Origin: Schizochytrium sp. TIO01
Lineage: Eukaryota > Protista > Bigyra: Labyrinthulomycetes
Assembly: GCA_004764695.1 (NCBI GenBank)
Contig: SMSO01000025.1
Span: forward strand, 2,418,001-2,482,000
Direction of reading: 5' to 3'
Length of the DNA stretch: 64,000 nt
The notes beneath the pieces are model-generated. The model had not been told where the DNA came from and did not search any database. It was given only the letters and a program-made list of their open reading frames with translations. Of this stretch, positions 58,965 to 64,000 are shown piece by piece. Each line of letters opens with the position of its first letter. Position 1 is the first letter of the stretch. The position numbers and the translations under genes are program-made.

Positions 58965-60497
58965 ATGGCAAATGCTACCTTAAACGCAGAGGACATTGCC
59001 TACCTTCAGACCCGCGTAGTGGAGTTGCAAGCCTCTATGGATGAATTATGGCTCATTACCAGCGGTATCGAAATTCTTGGCCTTCAGCTTGGTTTTGCAA
59101 TGCTCGAGACAGGTGTAGCACGTGCGAAGAACACTAAGGCCATTCTGATGAAGAATGTTTGCGATTTCACCTTTGGTCTCTGGATGTGGTACCTGACTGG
59201 ATTTGGCATCTTTCGAGGCGACAACGCATTTGCTTCGGGCTACCCTTATACAGGCTTCTTGTTGCGTGACGATGCCGAATATGCTCTCTTCATTCAGTCC
59301 TTTGGTTTTGCAATTACCGGCACGACAATTATGTCAGGTGCTGTTTTGTCAAGAATGAAGTTTGAATGGTATATGGTGATCTCGCTTCTCTTTGTGGGAT
59401 TTATCTACCCTGTCTCTGCTCACTGGGCATGGGCTGATACTGGTTTTCTCAAGGTTCATTTTGACTTTAAGGATTTCGCAGGCTCTGGTGTTGTGCACAT
59501 GATTGGTGGTATTTATGGTTTGGTCGGTGCATGGGTTTGTGGTCCTCGTGTTGGTCGTTTTGTGCAGCAGGGTTTTGATACCAAAATGGTACCACGCCCT
59601 CTTCCTGGCCATTCAAGCACTCTCCAGGTCATGGGTGTTTTCTTGCTCACAGTGAGTTGGATGTTCTTCAATTCGGGTTCGTCTGGCGGTACCGATCCTA
59701 CTCAAATTCGAAGTGCTAGTCGTGCACTTGCTAATTCATGCCTCTCCCTCGCTACCTCCTGTACCGTATGCGTAGTTGTAATGTACATTAAAGACCGCAC
59801 GCACCACCTCACCGAGGCATCAAATGGCGTTCTTGCAGGTCTTGTGGCAATTACTGGTCCATGTGGTTACGTTGACCCGTGGGGAGCTTGCATTATCGGC
59901 ATTGGATCCGGACTGATTTACATGATGACAAGTCACATCATGCTGCACCGTTTGAAGATTGATGATCCTGTCGATGCATTTGCTGTTCACGGCGCGTGTG
60001 GTGCATTTGGTATTCTTTCGATCGGCTTTCTTGATTACGAGGAGGGACTGTTCACAAGCGGAGAAATTCACCTTGTCTACGGCCAGTTCATTGGCTTCGG
60101 CTGCATGGTTGCCTGGGCTCTTGCTTCGGCTCTTCTATTCTTTGTAGTGCTTAACCGACTCTTTGGTGTTGCTCTCGACGAAGATGATCAGCTTCTCGGT
60201 CTTGATGTCAAGTACCACGAAGGATATGCATACCCTGAATTCTCTGCCCAGGACGTCATGGAATACAACCGTACTCGTGACGCGGCAACCCGCAAGATGC
60301 GAATTGGTCGCAATCATGGATCAGAGTCTTGGGCGGCTAGCGAAGCCTCAATGCACTCGGCTTCTGGCGGCAATGAGCTCAGCTTTCGTTCCGGGAGCTC
60401 AGAAAACATGCGCAAACGCAATGACTCTGAGGAGCACATCGCTCCTCCGCGCAAACCACAGCGCTCTACCAGGGATGATGAAGAAGAATACGTCTAA
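58965..60497 (+). CDS. AMT: Ammonium transporter (Amt/Mep family)
   Basis: GFAMLETG, AKNTKAILMKN, DFAGSGVVHMIGG (first His), WMFFNSGS, NGVLAGLVAIT, IDDPVDAFAVHGACG (second His), GLD..HEGYAYPEF; about 11 TM helices. ATG at 58965. Confidence 0.96.
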   Translation: MANATLNAEDIAYLQTRVVELQASMDELWLITSGIEILGLQLGFAMLETGVARAKNTKAILMKNVCDFTFGLWMWYLTGFGIFRGDNAFASGYPYTGFLLRDDAEYALFIQSFGFAITGTTIMSGAVLSRMKFEWYMVISLLFVGFIYPVSAHWAWADTGFLKVHFDFKDFAGSGVVHMIGGIYGLVGAWVCGPRVGRFVQQGFDTKMVPRPLPGHSSTLQVMGVFLLTVSWMFFNSGSSGGTDPTQIRSASRALANSCLSLATSCTVCVVVMYIKDRTHHLTEASNGVLAGLVAITGPCGYVDPWGACIIGIGSGLIYMMTSHIMLHRLKIDDPVDAFAVHGACGAFGILSIGFLDYEEGLFTSGEIHLVYGQFIGFGCMVAWALASALLFFVVLNRLFGVALDEDDQLLGLDVKYHEGYAYPEFSAQDVMEYNRTRDAATRKMRIGRNHGSESWAASEASMHSASGGNELSFRSGSSENMRKRNDSEEHIAPPRKPQRSTRDDEEEYV

Positions 60498-62067
60498 GCA
60501 AATTGTGCAAAGTCGTGAACTTCCCTTCCCTCAAATTATCAAAAGCTTCCACCCTCTTCATACGATTTCTAATTTTTGGTTTCCAAAGAGCCTAGTATGC
60601 TATAATTTGAGCCAAGGTGAAGATTTCTACACCGCCCTAGTCCTTGTTATGGACCGATATATGCTGTCTCTTTCTCCTCGCTTTGACTTTAGCTGTGACT
60701 TTTCTTTTATTTTGTGACTCTGGGGTTCATCAAGTTCGTCGTTTCCGCCCATGCTATACTCGCTGGTTTTGACCTAGCTTACATAAACCTAGCTCCTGCT
60801 CGTCTGTCTAGTTGTGTCAGCTGTGTCAAACCATTCCGTGTTTGTTTACCTTGCCACGTTTGCGTGTGACCCCAGGGGTTTCCATCAAAGAAGTGCTTAG
60901 CAGACTCTTAGGCAGGGAGGGGGGAATCATGGCGCTTAATAGGCTTCAGAAGACCTTTTTGCCCATACCCTGTTGTAACACTTCTCTCTATGTGTCTCTT
61001 TCTTCTGTTATACCCACCTTTATTTTTTTACTTGTTGTCTACAAATTTGTACAGACGAAAATTTTGTCTTACTACTTCTACTACTTCTTCAACCCCCTTT
61101 CTAAATTTCATAAGTGAATTCAAAAATACTAATTTTTGACGCTAGATAAGCGAGTATTATGCCAACATATTGAGTAGTTCACCTACAACTTCTAAATACC
61201 TCCAGCAGATTGAATTGATTTTCCTGCCAGTCCTTCCTTGCATTGCGCTGCACCTTCTTTGAATGAGATAACTGTGTCTAATTAAGACCTTCCAGGGAGG
61301 GTATTCCAATCTGAATAAGACAACTCAAATGCAAAGGCGCGGGAATAGGACAAGATTTGTAAAGAAGAATAACAATAACATGTTTGAACGTAATAATGGG
61401 TTTACATACTCAATAGCCATAGCCGTACTGCTACAAGTTGTGGGCCGCTAAGCAGAATTCTAATAAGAGCCAAAAGCAATGTGAAGGAAAGAAAGGGTGA
61501 TAAGGCGATAAGACATGTGCATGATTATATATCTGCATGTAGTATGAAAGGCATGGTATCTTCGTGAAATGCTTCCACTAGAAGGATGCGCAAGCAAATA
61601 AGACTATGCAACCTGTCATTGAATGCACGATCACGCTATAAATCAAATATAATCTCGGTGTCTAATGTCCTAATAAAATTTCGTTTTTCACGAATTCAGT
61701 TGAACTCAAATATATCAACAGTGAAGAAGACCTTGGTGCTTTATGTTCATCTTCCACAAGTCCCTCTGGACGTCGCAAGGCGCAAGTCCACAGGAGAAAT
61801 AAGATAAAGCATCTAGACAAGAAGAAATGGAGAGCAGTTTGTATGGCAAGAGGTGGTTGAGGTTAATGACGAGCCAAAGCGAAGAGAAAAGTGGAGTCGG
61901 AGTCCACTGGTGTAGACACGGGACGATGTGTAATTCACTCGTGCTAAAGACCGCATCGAGTTAAACCAAAATATATTTCTCGCAGTCAGAGATGTGTTTC
62001 ATGACTTTATGTAAAAAGCTTCGCTCCTTCGTTCGCACATATCACCTGCCTTCACTCACGCCTACGC

Positions 62068-63072
62068 CTATGCTTCTGCCTCTTCCTCTTCCTCCTTGGC
62101 TCCCTCTGCAAACTTAGTCCAGTAATCAATTGAGTCCAATGCAGTCTCGCACGACTCCGAAACTAAAGGCTCGGGATCATTGAGGTACTCCTTGAGCAGA
62201 GCAATACATTCTGGTGTGCCCACAGCACCAAGCGCCTCCGCAGCCTCGTGCCTGACCATGCCATGCTCGTTCTCATCACGAAGAGCCTCCTCAAGCTCCC
62301 TCACAGCAGGCGCAGCCGCCTCCTCGAGCTGGCCGAGAACATATGCCACCTCATGTCTGAACAGCGCACTGTCATCCTTAAGACCTTTGGCGAGCTCAAC
62401 GACAGCCTCTTCTGTGCCCTTTGCCGCCAGATTCCGCAGTGAGAACATGGCCTGGTACCTTCTGAAAAGCTGTAAGTCCGCATTCATAAGAACAGCGCCA
62501 AGATTAGCAACGCTCTGGTCTTGAACCTCGTCCTTGAGTGCCGCCGGGGCAGGGTCCACAGACTCAAAGAGACTTGCCTCGGCCTGAGCAAGAACATCGC
62601 CGTTTCCTTCCCCATTCTTGCCAGAGGCCTGTTCAGGGTGATCTGCCAACCAGCGGAGCCTGCGCACCGCAATAGCGCAGGTCTCAGAGACCTCGGGGCG
62701 CTCGTCATCACAAAACTTCTCAAGAACAGCCAATGATGAAGGGTCGGCGATGGCGCCAAGCGCCTCGGCGGCTTCGTGGCGTACAACAGGGCAGTCTTCA
62801 GCATCCTCGAGGACACGAGTCAGGGTGGGCACGGAGGATGTGAGCTGCATCTGGCCCAAAACGTAGGCAAGCTCATGACGCAGAAGAGAGCTATCGGCTT
62901 TGTGCTCCAGAGCGCGGCACAGCACCTCGCGAGCAGCATCGGAACCGTCTGTGCGAAGGTGGAACACGGCACGCATGCGATCACCCATGCGGCCAGACTC
63001 ACCGCGCAGACCCTCCAGAGCGGCAGCCCACTCAGAGATCGATGTGGAATCGGACGCAGTGGTAGCAGACAT
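62068..63072 (-). CDS. DOHH: Deoxyhypusine hydroxylase
   Basis: HEAT-like dyad with four iron-binding HE motifs (RHELAY, RHEAAE, RHEVAY, RHEAAE), RMRAVFHLR, FESVDPAP and RYQAMFSLRN. Confidence 0.96.
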   Translation of the reverse strand: MSATTASDSTSISEWAAALEGLRGESGRMGDRMRAVFHLRTDGSDAAREVLCRALEHKADSSLLRHELAYVLGQMQLTSSVPTLTRVLEDAEDCPVVRHEAAEALGAIADPSSLAVLEKFCDDERPEVSETCAIAVRRLRWLADHPEQASGKNGEGNGDVLAQAEASLFESVDPAPAALKDEVQDQSVANLGAVLMNADLQLFRRYQAMFSLRNLAAKGTEEAVVELAKGLKDDSALFRHEVAYVLGQLEEAAAPAVRELEEALRDENEHGMVRHEAAEALGAVGTPECIALLKEYLNDPEPLVSESCETALDSIDYWTKFAEGAKEEEEEAEA

Positions 63073-63441
63073 GGCGGTGATATGGGAGGTAATACCGATA
63101 GTTCGACGTGGGCAGTTCGGGAATTGGCCAAAGAGTGATTGATTAATTGATGAATTCCTCGAGCTCCAATTCCACCCAATTCGACGCCCTTCGCCAAATA
63201 GTACACTCTCTTTAACCTACTTACAGGAAACGCACAAAATAGAACAAACTTGACTTACGCCATACGTTCATTGTTCTGCTACACTATAGACCTTTCCGCT
63301 CCCATACTACACATCTGTTACTGGTGATCCAAAAGTTCCCAATGTTCTGTCCGTACTTCGTCAAGACTGTAAATAGCGTTTGCTACGATAACGTGTTTGT
63401 AGTAGAAGGGATTTATATAGAAAAGTATAGTTTGGGCACAA

Positions 63442-63489
63442 GTAGGTTATAGTCATGCAAGTAGGTTATAGGGATACATGTAGGTTATA
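63442..63489. repeat. Three GTAGGTTATA direct repeats at exact 19-bp period, upstream of DOHH
   Basis: Copies at 63442, 63461 and 63480, separated by dissimilar 9-bp spacers. Confidence 0.75.
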
Positions 63490-64000
63490 AGGGCGAGGGA
63501 TTGATTGGGTGGTGGGAGGATGACTTCTTGAGCAAGAAGCGTGCAGGAGCGTGCAAGTGATCACTAACTGCTGGGAGTGCGAGACGAATTGAAAGCATTG
63601 GTAGATTCGTTGAAGAAAATCTTATCTTAACTTCAGTTGTCGTGATTGTTGCTCTTGCTTGCTCCAATCCTTCAGACGGCTAGGTGTTGTGGTAACCTGA
63701 GTTATATGTATCTAAGTACGGTATAGTAGTAGAGGTTGACTATTATTTTCGCCGTTTGCATTCTTGAGGAATAATAGTTGCAATTTTCGTATGAGCAAAT
63801 TGAATAGATTTCAGCTGATGAGGAAATAGAGGCAGAACCTGAGTAAACATTTGAAGCGAAGCATGATCTTGGTAGCTAATTTCTATAATATGATTCGCAA
63901 TACCTAATCTAAAACGAAGGGAATTAGTGGTAGTGACAGTCGTAAAGCATAAGTGACCTTTAAGCTCCCAACTCTTCTTTTGGAAACTTAGCCCTAGGAT

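Overview
A eukaryotic, intron-poor genomic window. The mostly single-exon genes, AT-rich microsatellite-laden intergenic DNA and gene content suggest a stramenopile protist such as a thraustochytrid; this is an inference, not a taxonomic identification. The first 38 kb is gene-dense. It contains a Dpy-30-motif protein, an orphan ORF, THREE tandem paralogues of a soluble-adenylyl-cyclase (sAC/ADCY10)-like class III cyclase, a CaMK-group kinase, a 1,349-aa EF-hand/21xIQ/2xWW protein, a GH5 sterylglucosidase/endoglycoceramidase-like enzyme, a second orphan ORF, TMEM19/DUF92, a calmodulin-like protein with a degenerate C-lobe, and a two-exon PDX1. From ~38.4 to 58.9 kb the window is gene-poor, with one peroxisomal SDR, a decayed GC-rich pseudogene-like island and many microsatellites. 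An ammonium transporter and DOHH follow. The most notable system is the cyclase triplet. Each copy has an N-terminal IQ motif, tandem cyclase domains, the helical module that normally follows the STAND NTPase but no P-loop NTPase, a conserved Cys-rich C-terminal domain, and a terminal CaaX prenylation box. Two copies look catalytically intact with non-canonical (Gln/Ala) purine-specifying residues; the third looks like a pseudo-cyclase. Ca2+/calmodulin-related genes lie next to them. The ORF track uses TTG/GTG starts, so I re-called starts at the first in-frame ATG.
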